DNA of 64,000 nt, from assembly GCA_964035545.1 (NCBI GenBank), contig OZ037765.1:9124698-9188697 (forward strand). The letters run 5' to 3'. Origin of the DNA: Bugula neritina. Taxonomy: Eukaryota > Animalia > Bryozoa. This document shows, piece by piece, positions 10,801-23,345 of the stretch. Under the pieces are notes generated by a model. It did not search any database, was not told where the DNA came from, and saw nothing but the letters and a program-made list of their open reading frames with translations. Made by a program: the position numbers and the translations under genes. Numbering within the stretch: position 1 is the stretch's first letter; every line of letters begins with the position of its first letter.

Positions 10801-13800
10801 TAGTAGATTACAACTTTAAATGTCAAATACTACTTAGATCTAAAAATTTTCCTTATATCCATGCCATTTATACTTTGGTAATAGTTGTCATTTTACGCTA
10901 CAGAATGTAAAAAGGCTTCAAGAAAACGAAAGCAAGAAGATGGAGTTGAAGATGATGAAGCATATGGGTCTGAATCGAGTACTGATGAACAAAACGAAGA
11001 CGTTGTTGAGGTATTATAGCCATTGGCAACTATGACATGAATTTAATAGTAAACACATAATCATTGCTTAGTGGTGGCTTGTACTTTGGCAGTGTTTTAT
11101 GCAGGACTCAATTTCAGTTGTTTCTTTTTTGCAGTCAGTCGAGCCACCTATAGATTCACAACCACCGGCTATTAAGAAAAGAAAGCGCGATAGGCAAACT
11201 AAAAATCCCGAGAAGAAGACAATTGTGCATGCTCCTGTTGTCAAAGCGAAAGATTCCGAGAACTCTGTTTCAAAACGCTCTCTAAATGGTTCTTCTAAGG
11301 ATACTGGTTTAAAGGTAAGCCTTGCAATGCTGAAAGGTATACAGTATGCAAGGAAGTAGGCTTGCGTGTAGTAATTCATATACATGATTTTGTAGTTGTT
11401 TTTATGGATTTAGCAAAGTGTAGATCAAAACAATGTGTATGAATTTGTAGTAACAATTTTAAAATCATCACCTGAAATAAGGACCAGTGACAGACATATA
11501 CTTGCTTTTGCTATCTTGGGAATCTACACTTATTTGATAACAATTCTATTTTACTATATTCATAAAATATTATGTCCTAATAATTAATAAAATATGCTTA
11601 TAAGGGAAATTGAAGCTTCATATGAGTGCATTTTCCATCTTTAGTGATCGTTTCTCTAGTAAAGTGTCTCATACACAATTCAACAGGCTCTAGAAATGGG
11701 TAGTCTTAGGCCGAAAGCTTTTTCCTTCATTTTTTCAGAACTCACTCAGGCATTCTAAGTATACTTATATTATAATAGTCAGTATTACTACGTCTTTATT
11801 TCAACTTAAATTCAATATATGCTGAAAGTCGATCAAACTACCTACAGTTTATATAAAACTGTCTTGTCCATGCTACATGTTTTTATTGTTGGAAATTTAT
11901 GTGACTGTTTTTAACTCTTGAGTCTTTGATATCAGGAGTCAGCAACTGAAGAATGCAACATTCAGAAGGTCCAACAAGTACAAGACAGAGAGGATCCAAT
12001 TTTAACATCGGTAATATTTTGCTATAAATGCATACATGACTCTTATTGATTCTAATAACCAAATTAAGGATGAGTTATGAATAACTTGCTTTAGCTTCAA
12101 CTATTTTATTTCTTTTCTGTAAGAACAATATTTTTCAAGTATGCATTCAGTTAAGCTCCGTTTTGACTAAAAAAAGTCACCACTTTAAAAACTGAAAAAT
12201 TACCTGTTGAGCTTTGAAATATGTGTGCATGTGGGCATCCAATAGATCAATTGTTACATGATGTCTACACATGTAGGCAGTGGGACAAAAGCTTTTTATG
12301 GTAATATCTGTGATTCAAGACATTGATGTTAAAGTTAGCGCTGACTGTGGAGATTGCAAAATAAAAATATTGATTTTGTTAGACTAAAAACGTCTGAAGA
12401 AAATAAAACAAAAACAGCTCAAAAACTATCCAATTAGTTGACCTTGATCAGATGGTACAACGTTACTTCTCTACAGGATAAATAATTCCACCATGATGCA
12501 TGGCAGTTCATTAAGTAACTTGTAATATCTAATGTTTCAATATAAAGAATTCATTCAGAAAGTAAGTGAATAAGCATTTTCTGCAAAAACTGTTGTAAAT
12601 TTCGTTAGTGCCAGTAAGAAGCCTGATTAGCCAGTTGCTACATGTTTGCATTCAGGGACCATTGCTTACTCCCAAATACATTTTAGAAGCCTGTAGAGCC
12701 AATAACTAAGAAAAGAATAAAACAAAAACAGAACGTAGCTGATAAAATGAGCAAAAAAATTGCTGTATTTGTTCCTGATGCTGGTGCCAAGGCCAAATGC
12801 TTCAAAAAAGCTTCTTCTAAATGCTCTTCTGCTGCTCAACTCAGCAAAGCCAGTTCTCAGGTATGTCGTTAATACTGCATAGTCGTTGTAGATTTTGCTA
12901 TAATAGTTGCGAGAAGTAATTTATTCTTCATCCTCCATATAAATAGCTTTAGAAACAGAAGTAGCTCTTCCAACAGTGGATCAATAATTAGAAATATTCA
13001 GTCCTTTTAAATATAGTAATCTCCTCCAACTTTCTGTCAACTTCATAAAATGCACACACTTGCCTAAAGTTTCTAGTGACCCTTTTGAGTGAATATTCAA
13101 GTGTGAGGCTGTTGAAAATAATTTTTCACTTTGCTTAATAATACTAATTTTTTCATATTCATCTAAAGTATTATATCTCTGGTTGCAGGCTTCAATAACT
13201 GAGAAAACGAAGCCGTTGCAAACCCCACTGAGCGAGAAAAAGAAGCAGTTGCAAACCTCACTGAGTGAGAAAAAGAAGCAGTTGCAGGCTCCACTGAGCG
13301 AGAAGAAGAAGCAGTTGCAGGCTCGACTGAGCGAGAAGAAGAAGCAGTTGCAGGCTCCACTGAGCGAGAAAAAGAAGCAGTTGCAGACTCCAGTAAATGA
13401 GAAAAAGAAGCTGTTTCAGACCCCACTGAGTGAGAAAAAGAAGCGATTGAGTTTTGGCAAAAATAGCTCCGTCAGTGAGTAATTGTACAATTATTTTATC
13501 CTATGTGCCTTAGAAATAAATTTCAGTGAAACATTTTGCTATTCATAGTTTTGCAAAGTTTCATTTATTTTTTGTTCAGTAATATTCAGTTTGCAGTAAA
13601 GTTCTTATAATTACTCTTTGTGTTTTGTATATTTTTTAGTTGTAAATCCTCAACATAGTAAACAAACTAATTTTGTGATAGTCAAAATACAATTTGATTA
13701 AAAATAGCTTTATAATATTTTATTATTTGCTGTGGTTACTTCTCAAGCTGTTAAACTGATTAATTTTTGGCATTTTCGCTATCAAACTACATGAAGAAAG

Positions 13801-14045
13801 TTAGCTTATTATGTCACAAATTTAGACAACTTATGTCACAAGTTTTTATTCTTATAGAAACATCTGCCGTAAAACTGAGAGGAAGTGCTTCTCATGACCC
13901 CACTAAAACCCCCGAACAAGGAATTTTGAGGGTTAACCCAATCAAGCCTGGCACTGTCATTCAAGTCAGCAAACAAGCCACACTGAAAAACACACTATCA
14001 AACAGCAAAAATGCAATGGGCATTTTAAACCTGGACCTCTTCTAG
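7837..14045 (+). CDS. RRP1: Ribosomal RNA processing protein 1 homolog (RRP1/NOP52/RRP1B-like)
   Basis: ATG at 7837 (MAAVVPEILFAQNLASNDKVRRDRALRKL); Nop52 signature KIWKGLHYCMWMQD...EWTSIDKWRMDKFLM. Exons approximately 7837-7960, 8578-8804, 9119-9227, 9477-9630, 10538-10758, 10903-11010, 11134-11313, 11936-12010, 12687-12860, 13188-13473, 13857-14045. RRP1B-like tail KKKRLSFG...PEQGILR. Confidence 0.9.
10190..10326 (+). ncRNA. Candidate intronic box H/ACA snoRNA
   Basis: Hairpin (TTGCTA/TAGCAG, TGACCT/AGGTCA), H box AGATAA at 10259, hairpin (GTTGGT/ACCAGC, TTCACA/TGTGAA), ACA at 10321. About 135 nt, in an intron of a ribosome-biogenesis gene. Folded by eye only. Confidence 0.3.
13199..13443 (+). 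repeat. Coding 33-bp minisatellite (11-aa unit LSEKKKQLQ[AT]P), about 7 copies
   Basis: Repeated ctgagcgagaaraagaagcagttgcaggctcca units inside the RRP1 exon 13188-13473. Confidence 0.95.
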
Positions 14046-14273
14046 ATATCATGAACTTTATTAGTTGTTAGCACAGAAACTGTTTATATATATGCATACT
14101 ACAATTGTTCTGACCTCAGAAAATGATACACAAACTTCTAAATAAATTATCAATATCATAAGATAATTAACACATTAGTTTTACTAAAATTTTTGCATGT
14201 GTTTTACAAAAATACAAACTTGAAATCAATAACTATTCATTATCATTGTACAAAATAGTAGGCAGTCCTGGGG

Positions 14274-15415
14274 TTAGGTTTCTTTTCTCATAGAGGAAAC
14301 ACGCCTTAAATTATAGGACTTTCTCAGTAGTTTCTCTTTCAAAGTCAAACCTTGTTGGTCAACAGGCGTTTCTGGTACTAAAATATCACAGTTGAATTTA
14401 GATGGGCTGAAGTTTTCCTCAGCATCTGCTAAAGTCTGGTTGACATTTGGTTGGCCAATTTTATTTCTTGACATTCCTGTTTTGGAACCATTGGTGTTTT
14501 TGTTTTTCTTCGTGTCTCTAGCTACGACACGCTTTGTTGCCTTATTGCATTGAGGGGAAACCTAAAACAGAACACAATGCAATAATTAGGTTATCCATTT
14601 TAGCAACCAGAAATTTTAATACAATATGCTGTAACATTCTTGACACAATAATCAACTAATTGTATTTTTATGATTTAGTGTCTTTTTGTAAGGAAAAAAC
14701 CTGAATAGAGGAAAAGGAAGAATATGATAAAGTTTGAATGCAAAGCACAAGCAATACGATATAGCTGTTGTAATATCACACTAGTTTATATAAAAAATGT
14801 CGCCTTGGATGGTTACAATTTAGTATACTGGCAAACGGCACCATGCATATGCGAGACATGAAGTCAAAAAAGGGCAGTGAGTTACAGCAAAGCATCTTGG
14901 CTTTGAGATAAACTATAACAAATTTTGACTTGTAAAACAAAAGTACTTTTAGTTTCATTAACTAACTATTGAAAACCTAATAAAACAGGACAATCTCAGT
15001 TACAGATAAAAATAACTTTAATAAGCAGATTTTTAATTTAATTACGATTCTGTTTTTATACTTGTAATCTTACATTTCTCGTACATTAACCCCATTAACA
15101 TTTTCATGGCCAATTTACACAAATACTCTGAAAATGACTTGCAGATGTGTTTACCTTAATAAACTATAACTGAATGTACAAAATTTGATTCTACATAGCA
15201 GATATGGTGTACATACTACATACCCAATATAAACCATGATCTTCTGGTTTTACTAGCCTTAGCTTAGGGTAGTAATGATTACAAAGAACTGGAGAGAGTG
15301 GAGGAATAGGGTCGTCATTAACAGCTCTTATAAATGGTAGCTTCACACTGGCACACCGCTTGCCATTCTTGGACTTGCCATGCTTGGACCTAGCTAGTTT
15401 ATTAACCGATGGCAT
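14274..15415 (-). CDS. RHNO1: RHNO1/RHINO-like protein (RAD9-HUS1-RAD1 interacting nuclear orphan), 159 aa
   Basis: Exons 15415-15224 (TGG|gtatgt) and 14561-14274 (ttttag|GTT) join in phase 0. The protein has a basic N-terminus, KLPF, a junction-spanning YW|VSPQC and ILVPETPVDQQGLTLK, matching the order of the RHNO1 motifs PLLF, SWVSPxF and VLVKDTPEDKYG. Confidence 0.6.
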
Positions 15416-16089
15416 GGCTTGTAACTCATCAATTTTTTCTCATAACATTTTTACTAAAACAGCATTGAATACAAACATGAATAAGTTATTAGAGCTGTTA
15501 AACAACCAGTTATACTTGTTCAGAGTATTAACCCTTATAAAAACTTGGGCCACAGGCCTTCAAACACACGCATTTCAGTATAGGGTAGAAAAACCTTTCA
15601 TAAAACTAAAAGCACTATAATATTTGTATTTTTTGCCATTATACAGTATCAATGGCACAGTTGCATTCAAATAAAACTGCAACCCACACAAGCTAAAATC
15701 CATTTTCGATCAATTAAAGTTAATAAAATGGCTGTGGACAACCTTGGATAAATGAACAGGTCTTACCATGATTACAATGCTTAATGAAAAAATGAGAGCC
15801 CACCTCAAGTGTAACAATGCTAAAACTGCCAGGAAATTGTTGCACATTAGCCAGTTTAGCTTGTAAAATAAACAGAAACACCAAAATTAAATAGATAAAA
15901 CAATATCATGATGATCATTCAACAATATAACCAACATTGATCACCTTAAACTATTTTTCAAATTTGAAGTTAACCCTTACACTTCGCTTTACAGCTAAAA
16001 TAACTCTTCTCCTACATTCTGAAATAACGGGTCAAAAGATTAGAAAATTTCAACCTACATTTTTTACTGTTACACATTTAATCTGTATT

Positions 16090-16740
16090 GCTTTAAGTTT
16101 ATGATCATGATTACTGATTAGGATAGTTATTAGAATTTAAATCATCAATCGTCCATAGTACTGAGTCTAACTCTTACAGTAAATGACTGAATCCCTTTGA
16201 TTCCGAGTATTATAGTTATTGACTCATGTCCTTGAACTTTCTTGATTTGAATCTATGTGCAAAAGCTATGAATACCAATTTAATTAATTTTACCATAACG
16301 ATAATCATAATGATAATGGTAGTTTCATCATAATTTTTATATTAAATTTAATTAAACTAATATATATATAGCTGTAAAATAAATATATTACTATTTTAGA
16401 ATTAAAATAAAAATTGAGACAAATTGAAATATTACTTAAACTTAAAGTTAGTGAGTGTCACCCCCAGCTCGGGGCTGCTTATAGTTATAGTGACACTGGT
16501 AGTCTATGACTATAAATGCTAATGACTTCTATCTTGACTTTCTAGGACTAGTAATACTAACAGTAACTGACATTCTCATAGTGGTACTGATAGTCATAGT
16601 GACACTGAGAGTGAGCCTGACAGTGACAGTCTAACAGTAACTCTAAGTCGAAGTCTTACACTTTTACTTACAGTTACTGAGTTAGATAGCCATTGGCTAG
16701 ATTTGCGTCTCTTTGACTCAACTCTAGTAATTCCTAAGAC
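16090..16740. repeat. Degenerate 6-bp periodic tract on the RHNO1 side of the promoter
   Basis: For example agtcat agtgac actgag agtgag cctgac agtgac agtcta at about 16592-16635. Confidence 0.7.
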
Positions 16741-16819
16741 CACAATGAATAAATAAAAAGTATAATAAGAATAACAATTAATATAACATAATATTTTTAC
16801 AATTTTTTTTCAACCCACT

Positions 16820-17170
16820 CAGACTCTCGCTGTCATGAACTAAAATAATTGCATTCGCGTACTGGTGCTCGCAAATAGCAACGAGATCACTGAATTCTAT
16901 GTTCATTTTGAGAGAAGTAAGAAGCGTCTGCCGCAGTGCGGCGGTCTGTGCTTGGTTTTGAAGCTAACGCATTGAAAGTATTGCTTTTCAGCTGAATGAC
17001 CCTATAAGCAGCTTCGAGTTGAGAGTGACTAAGTCCAATAATTTCTATTTTCCGTGTATAAAGTTGGGGGTTCTAATAAACACCAACCCTAAACGTGAGA
17101 ACTTTTAATTACCGCACTCGATCACTCCTAACTTGAAGCTGCTTATAAAAGTTCCAAGAATATGTTTGAA
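16820..17170. promoter_or_regulatory. Putative bidirectional promoter for the RHNO1-like gene (-) and cytospin (+)
   Basis: CpG-rich patch between divergent genes, including a GCCGCAGTGCGGCGG near-palindrome and CGTCTGC; flanked on both sides by periodic tracts. The TSSs are inferred. Confidence 0.5.
17003..17147. mobile_element. MITE-like element of about 145 bp with 26-bp terminal inverted repeats
   Basis: Left end TATAAGCAGCTTCGAGTTGAGAGTGA; reverse complement of the right end TATAAGCAGCTTCAAGTTAGGAGTGA. Both termini are TA. Confidence 0.6.
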
Positions 17171-17339
17171 CGTTCGCAACTGAAATTACCCTCAAAGATA
17201 TATAATTTATAATTATTCATTATAACACCAACTGCCAATGAGTTATCCAGTTACACTTACAGTGCGCAGAGTTTAAATTTTAAGTCTTTTAATTTTTACA
17301 TATTATTTATTGTTGAATATAGTGTTATTCAGTTATACC

Positions 17340-18640
17340 TTCAGAGTTCAGACTTAGGCTAACAGTAACATTTACGTTAAAACGTATTCATATTGATTTC
17401 AGTTTCAAATTTATATTCATATTAACATTCACATTGATAATCAATCTCATAATTATATTGGTATTGTGATGGTCTGATACTTATACTGATAGTGATAGTA
17501 TTTTAAATGTCAGACTGAGGCTGCATAGCGTGATTATCATAAAGATAATGCTAATCATTATACCTGTCGAAATACCTGTCGAATTCTTCTTCACACTGGA
17601 CAACCCAAATGGGTCAAAGGGGTGTGCCACATTCTTAACCAAAATTTACATTTTTAGGTCAGTAATCAGTAAGTGTGCTTAAAACTAGTTTGCAGTGGAG
17701 TCAGAACAGGTAAGGTTAACCTGTCTGTGGTAAGTATGCTGTATTACATTGTGTTGCTGTCTGTTATTGAGGATTTAATCTTCATGTCTCTGATGGTTCT
17801 TGGTAGAAAACTATTATTATTATCATTATTATTAATCATTAGAATTCTGATAGTGGTAATGATATGATTATGAGTATGCTTATTAGTTATTACTATTAGT
17901 ATTACTGACAACTCAATGATTATAATAATGATAATCACTATCATATTCATAATGATAATCATTATCATTATGATAATCATAATGATAATTTTCAATTATT
18001 ATTTATTAAATTTAATTGTCATGCTCAAAGTCAAAGTGAAAGTCAGTCGCATACTGATACTTACTAGTGGTATTACTATTAGTATTACTATCAGTATTAG
18101 TGCGAGTGTGACAAGGCTCAAGCTGAAAATGGTGTTAAGTCTTATAACATTAAATTAAAGTGATTAACTGATAATGATAGTCATAGTATTAGTATGATGC
18201 TGAGTATCAGCATAATATTAATAGTCATAATCTTACTCATAATGATACGATAGTCCCACTCCCAGGTCTACTGACTTATACTTCCATTCAGCTCTGATAT
18301 GTTACTGACTGTTAGTATTTTCTTTGAATTTATGTTATAAATATTAAATACTCGTAGTTATACTAATAGGTTCAATCTTACTAAAAGGATTACATTTACT
18401 GTTATTGTTACTGCAAGTATACCTTTCAATGTCAATGTGACTTTTTAGTTTTGGGGTGGCATTTAAAATAGTTGATATGTTGATTCAATGCTACTACAGT
18501 GTTACCAATAGTGACACTTACACTGACTGTCACTCTGGCACTGTAAGTGTAGGTATAGCTGCTGGGTAGGAGACTGACCAAAATTTTATTGTGATGTCAC
18601 TCAGTTCCGGACTCTGCAAAAATAAAGTACTTAACTGTAC
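17340..18640. repeat. Degenerate 3/6-bp periodic tract on the cytospin side of the promoter
   Basis: aatgat/aatcat arrays at 17915-17990; aaagtc aaagtg aaagtc; attact attagt attact. These generate the spurious Ile/Met-rich ORFs. Confidence 0.8.
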
Positions 18641-21600
18641 TTATCTATCATTTATGGTTATTTAGTTAGTTATTTCCATCTACAGTAACAACAAGACTAA
18701 GGGTGAGTGTAGCAGCCATGGATAGTGTTGCATTGACACTCTATAGATTATACAATGATACTAGGTCTACTACTAATAATTCTAGCTTAAAATCCACATG
18801 GAACACAGGCTTATTGCTCAGTCCCATATGCTGGTGATGATAGCAGTCATATCTGTTAGATATATAGTTATATTCACTTCAAGTCAATTTATGCTTTAAT
18901 TCCTATGATCATTAATGTATTAGTCATTAAACTTGAAGACTCTTAATACTGAAATGTTAGCATTAGCGAAATCAGTCACTACAGTCATCAAATAACTAAT
19001 TATGTCAACAAGAAAATTTTTATTAAATTAATTATTGGTAAAATAGAAATTTGCAATTTTTTAAGTTTTATGGTATAGATTAAGGTTACTTCAAATATTT
19101 TTATGTCTACTACCCAAAAGTTGACTACTTGAAAGCTCTGCTGTCAAACTTTCCCTTATAAGGTTTTATAATTTAAGGAACTGCTGTTGAATCTAAATCT
19201 TATTTTGACTTGAAATTTTATTGACAATAATTAGGTGGTGTTTAAAATAAACACACACTAAGGGAATACTGGTGTGGTTTCATTTTGCTGAAATAAAACT
19301 TCTCTTTCCATTGTTTCAGCCTTCAATTTGCAAGAACTGAACAAGTAATAGTGTTGTACAACTTGGACTCTATTAAAGTAGATTGAATGAGTAATTATAT
19401 CTGGCTAATGTTTAACTTTTATTTTGTTATTGAGACTGTGGGATTTGACTTTGAAAGCTCTCCAATTTTATACTTTCCTAACACTCGCTAACATTGTTAG
19501 TTTTGCGTTATATTGCTTAAACTTTTCTATAGCTTGTAATATTATTTTCATTTTGAAACTGCGATTGGAGTAATTTTTGCATCTGATTAAATTTTGCTGG
19601 TGACTTATTTTATCTCTAATTCTACCGGAAGTTTTGCACCCATTACTATATTTTGCAGTATTCTTTGGAATTAGTTAGCACTTTTCCTTTAATAAAGTAG
19701 AGTTTTTACACATTGAGATATAATCCTCCAGTAAACCTGCAAAAGCTTAGCATTTTCATTACAGTTAATCTAGTCTGAACTGTTGTAATATTGCTTTAAT
19801 TACTTTTGACCAGCTATAATTAACTATTTGACTCTTTCAGATGAAGAAGTAGGCTTACTAACGCACTTTATCTGATCTGATAAGGATATTTCGTTGGAAA
19901 CTAGCCTTACAAGGTGTAGCATTTTACTGTGAATTAAGTCAGTGGTTTAACACAGTAAGTTACTTTCATGTATTATTAGTGATTACGTTTGCTTTCATGT
20001 CAACCCAGTAACATATATCTGTTTTACACATCTTAGTTTTAATTATTTAGGCCTACAGTGCTGTAGCTAGCTTTAGAGGTTTTATTTGTAGTATATTCTT
20101 TGTGCCCAGCGACTTTCACTCATTTCTTTGCAGACCAGTAAAATTTACTGTTAGGCATGTTGTGTGAGTCAATTCTTGTGTAAAGTTAGACAAACAAACA
20201 GTATTTGTTTAACCTATTCAAACCTATTGAGTAGTTCATAAGTCTTATGCATACAGTTGAATGCTGATAGAATTATTTAGTTAGCGGAAAACACTAGCTT
20301 TAGATAACTTCTCTGTTTTTACACAAAGTGCAAAACTGGATATAATATTTCAATATGCTTGCACAAGATTTCTTATTGAGATGCCACCTTGTTGAATTGA
20401 GTGGTCGGCGGCATAAACAAAAGATGTAGTTATTAGTGCCAGCCGGGGCATCAAATGTCTTATGTGATACAATAATTTATGTCTTACTTTTTATCTGGAA
20501 ATTGCTTAATGCTTAATTATGTAGTTAATTGGTAAGGTTTTGTGATGAAGCTTACATGTCTCCCTTGTACTAAAATTTTAAAAACTTAATGTTTTGAATA
20601 TTATTTTTTGACAGAAGGCTTTTGGTTTTTTTAAATTGTTTTGAAAATCATAAAAAGTAAAAAATGTACAATTGCTAATATTTGATAAACAATGGCCATT
20701 GCGTCCTTCATGGATTATGCCAACAGCTTAGAGTCAATTTAATTCTATTATTTAGGCAATCAATAGAGAGATTTTTTGATATATATTTTGCTTTAAAATA
20801 TTTTCTATATAACATATGATATTCACTCATTAATAGATAGATATGTTTGTTCTTATCACTTGATTTAAAAATATTCTCCACTATAATGCCTTCTCTTTTT
20901 TTATCTTTATTAAATCGTATATCATAGTCAATGTTTGATTTGTGATTCATTGAAGTAGTTTGTTTATATACTATTTGAATAGCCAGTTTCAAGCATCATT
21001 AAAGGACATCTTTTCAAGATTGTTTTTGTGTTATCAAGATTTGCTGGTCAATTTATTGCATACACTGCGTTTCCATGGAATCAAATGAATCAGTATGATA
21101 CCCGTACGGATCACATCGAAGGATAAGCGCACGTTCCTATCCAATTTGTTCAAATTTATCTTTTCTTTAAAAAGAAGACAAGTCCTTTTCAATTGTACCA
21201 GCTGAATTAAAATGTAAATCAACATGGCCGAGGTTGAGTCAGTGTTGGCACTTAATGATAATTTCTGCCCCAGTCTGTGCTAGATTTAATTCATTTATTT
21301 TAAAACCTAATTCAATTTTATAGCTGCTACTATAAAATTATTAAGGTTTACGCATTTGGTTGGAACTTCAAAATGAAGATCTTTAAGTATTTTTTGTGGC
21401 AATAATACTATGTATTTGCATATTTTGTATCGTGGGTAGATGATCGCAAATATGTAAACTGTAAGAATTTAGGAGTTGTCCTGCTATCTACTATTGAGGG
21501 CACAACTCTGTTTAGAGCCAGAGCATTCACAGCAGAGTTTTTGGATGTCAGGTGAATTAAAAAACACAAATATAGGAAAGGGAAGCTGTATTTATCCTAG

Positions 21601-23345
21601 TTTGAGCAATTTCAATTTATTTCAACTCTGCTCACAAATAAGTAGTGCTAATTTTCAACTTTCCATCTGTATACCACATGCTAACAAGACTATTTACTGT
21701 GACAAAACTTCACTATAGTAGCAATGCATACGTGCAACCTGCCATAGGGAAGTTGATAGAAAATCTATTCACTTTCTGTCTGACAAATGCAGTCTGTGTT
21801 CTGTTTAAAATTGAAAATTCTCCATTAACTTCATTAATTTTTTATGTTTCTTTGGGCTGGAAAGATGAGTTTATTTTTGTGTGGCTATCAAGTATCATGG
21901 TGAATACGGTAGAATTTCATTGAATCTAACTCTGGTAGTGTTGATGCTTGCAGTCCTGTGTATGTAAGAATAGCTTTAATTTCATCAATCTTTCCGTAGG
22001 CACATAGATGGAAGGTATGTTGATAATAAAATATGCTGACATGAGATGCTTCTTATAAAGTATATTCAATATCCAGAGTTATGTTCCCGCTATTAGGCAG
22101 TGAATACTGATATGCCATCTCATATGTTAATGCTGCATAAATATCTATCTATCTGGTAAAATGCTGTTCACCCTAAAGAAAGCTTTCATACTAGTCAACC
22201 CTTGGTGTTGTGCAAATTTATACACTGAAATGGCTATTATTAAAATATTACCTAAACAGTTTTCTGGCACCATGGTCACATGTTTTAATTAAAAACTCAA
22301 AAAGATTTCATTACAATAATAATAATAATAATACCAGTTTCTCATGTATCTCAGTCTGACTACAGCCAGTTGGATAGGAAAGTGATGTTCAGTGCAATAG
22401 GTTTTTGTTCTGTTTTAACTTTTGTAGTTGCCTGCTCTTATGTGAGCCAAACATGTTACACAAATTTGGATAGGAAATTTGGGTCACATGTCTACAATGG
22501 TTCAGACTACATTCTTTTTGCAAATTTTTTTATCAAATTGACTACTCATTTCTTTTGTTTCAGCAGATTATTGTAATGTTACACATGCTTACAATCGTGT
22601 ATTGCAATATATTAATACACCATCTGGCAGTTGAGAAGAATACTTTACACAAATACTGATAGTACTAGTAGAAATTATTTTCACCAGGAAGAAATAAACT
22701 ATTATTTTGTCACTTGTAATGTGATATAATTTTGCGATGGCAACCTACTTTTTTCTATCTCTATAGGGGTTTGCGAGTGGCTCAGTCTGGTATTTTTCAA
22801 TTGTTTGAGTTTGTGTTGGGCAGGGCTGGCTTCCAGCTGTTTCCACGTCTCAAACTGGCTGCATTCAACATGCATCTTTGCTCTACAGGAATTGTGTTCT
22901 CTCTGCATGCTGCATGCCTAAACCCTGTTATTTTCAAGTATTAGAACTGGGCAGTGTGTAGATCTCAAATCTATTGAAAACCTTCTCAAGTAAAAAAGCA
23001 TATAACTATGTAGTGGCCCATTAATGTGCAGTTGACATGTGCATTTTTTAAATTTTCAAAATTTGGGCAGAAACCTAAGCTCCTATTGCATAGTAATGCT
23101 CAGTAAACTGCACACTATTATTATATATATTACGGATATTTTGTTTTGCATTTGCATGCATAGCTTGTAATGATTTTAGCACTGCTTGCCAAAAATGCCC
23201 AGATAAAGAGGTCTGAGAGTTAGATGCTTATCATTGTATTCTACGTTACAAACTGGGTTGCTATGATTACTTTGCCGTATTGTTGGTTATCTTTATTGGA
23301 GCTGCTGCTGTTAGCAATAATTATGCTCTCGATGTTATCTAGACT

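Noticed and set aside
12383-12440. Exon-like copy resembling RRP1 exon 12687
   Set aside because: It has an early stop in the required phase; at most a decayed partial duplicate.
13163-13426. Antisense repetitive ORF (EPATASSSRSV)n
   Set aside because: Mirror of the RRP1 coding minisatellite.
13199-13443. 33-bp repeats as a CRISPR-like array
   Set aside because: Contiguous tandem units without unique spacers, in frame within a eukaryotic exon.
17744-18158. Ile/Met-rich ORFs resembling membrane peptides (also 5240-5482 and 58702-58929)
   Set aside because: Translation artefacts of the periodic AT-rich tracts, open on both strands, with no splice or homology support.
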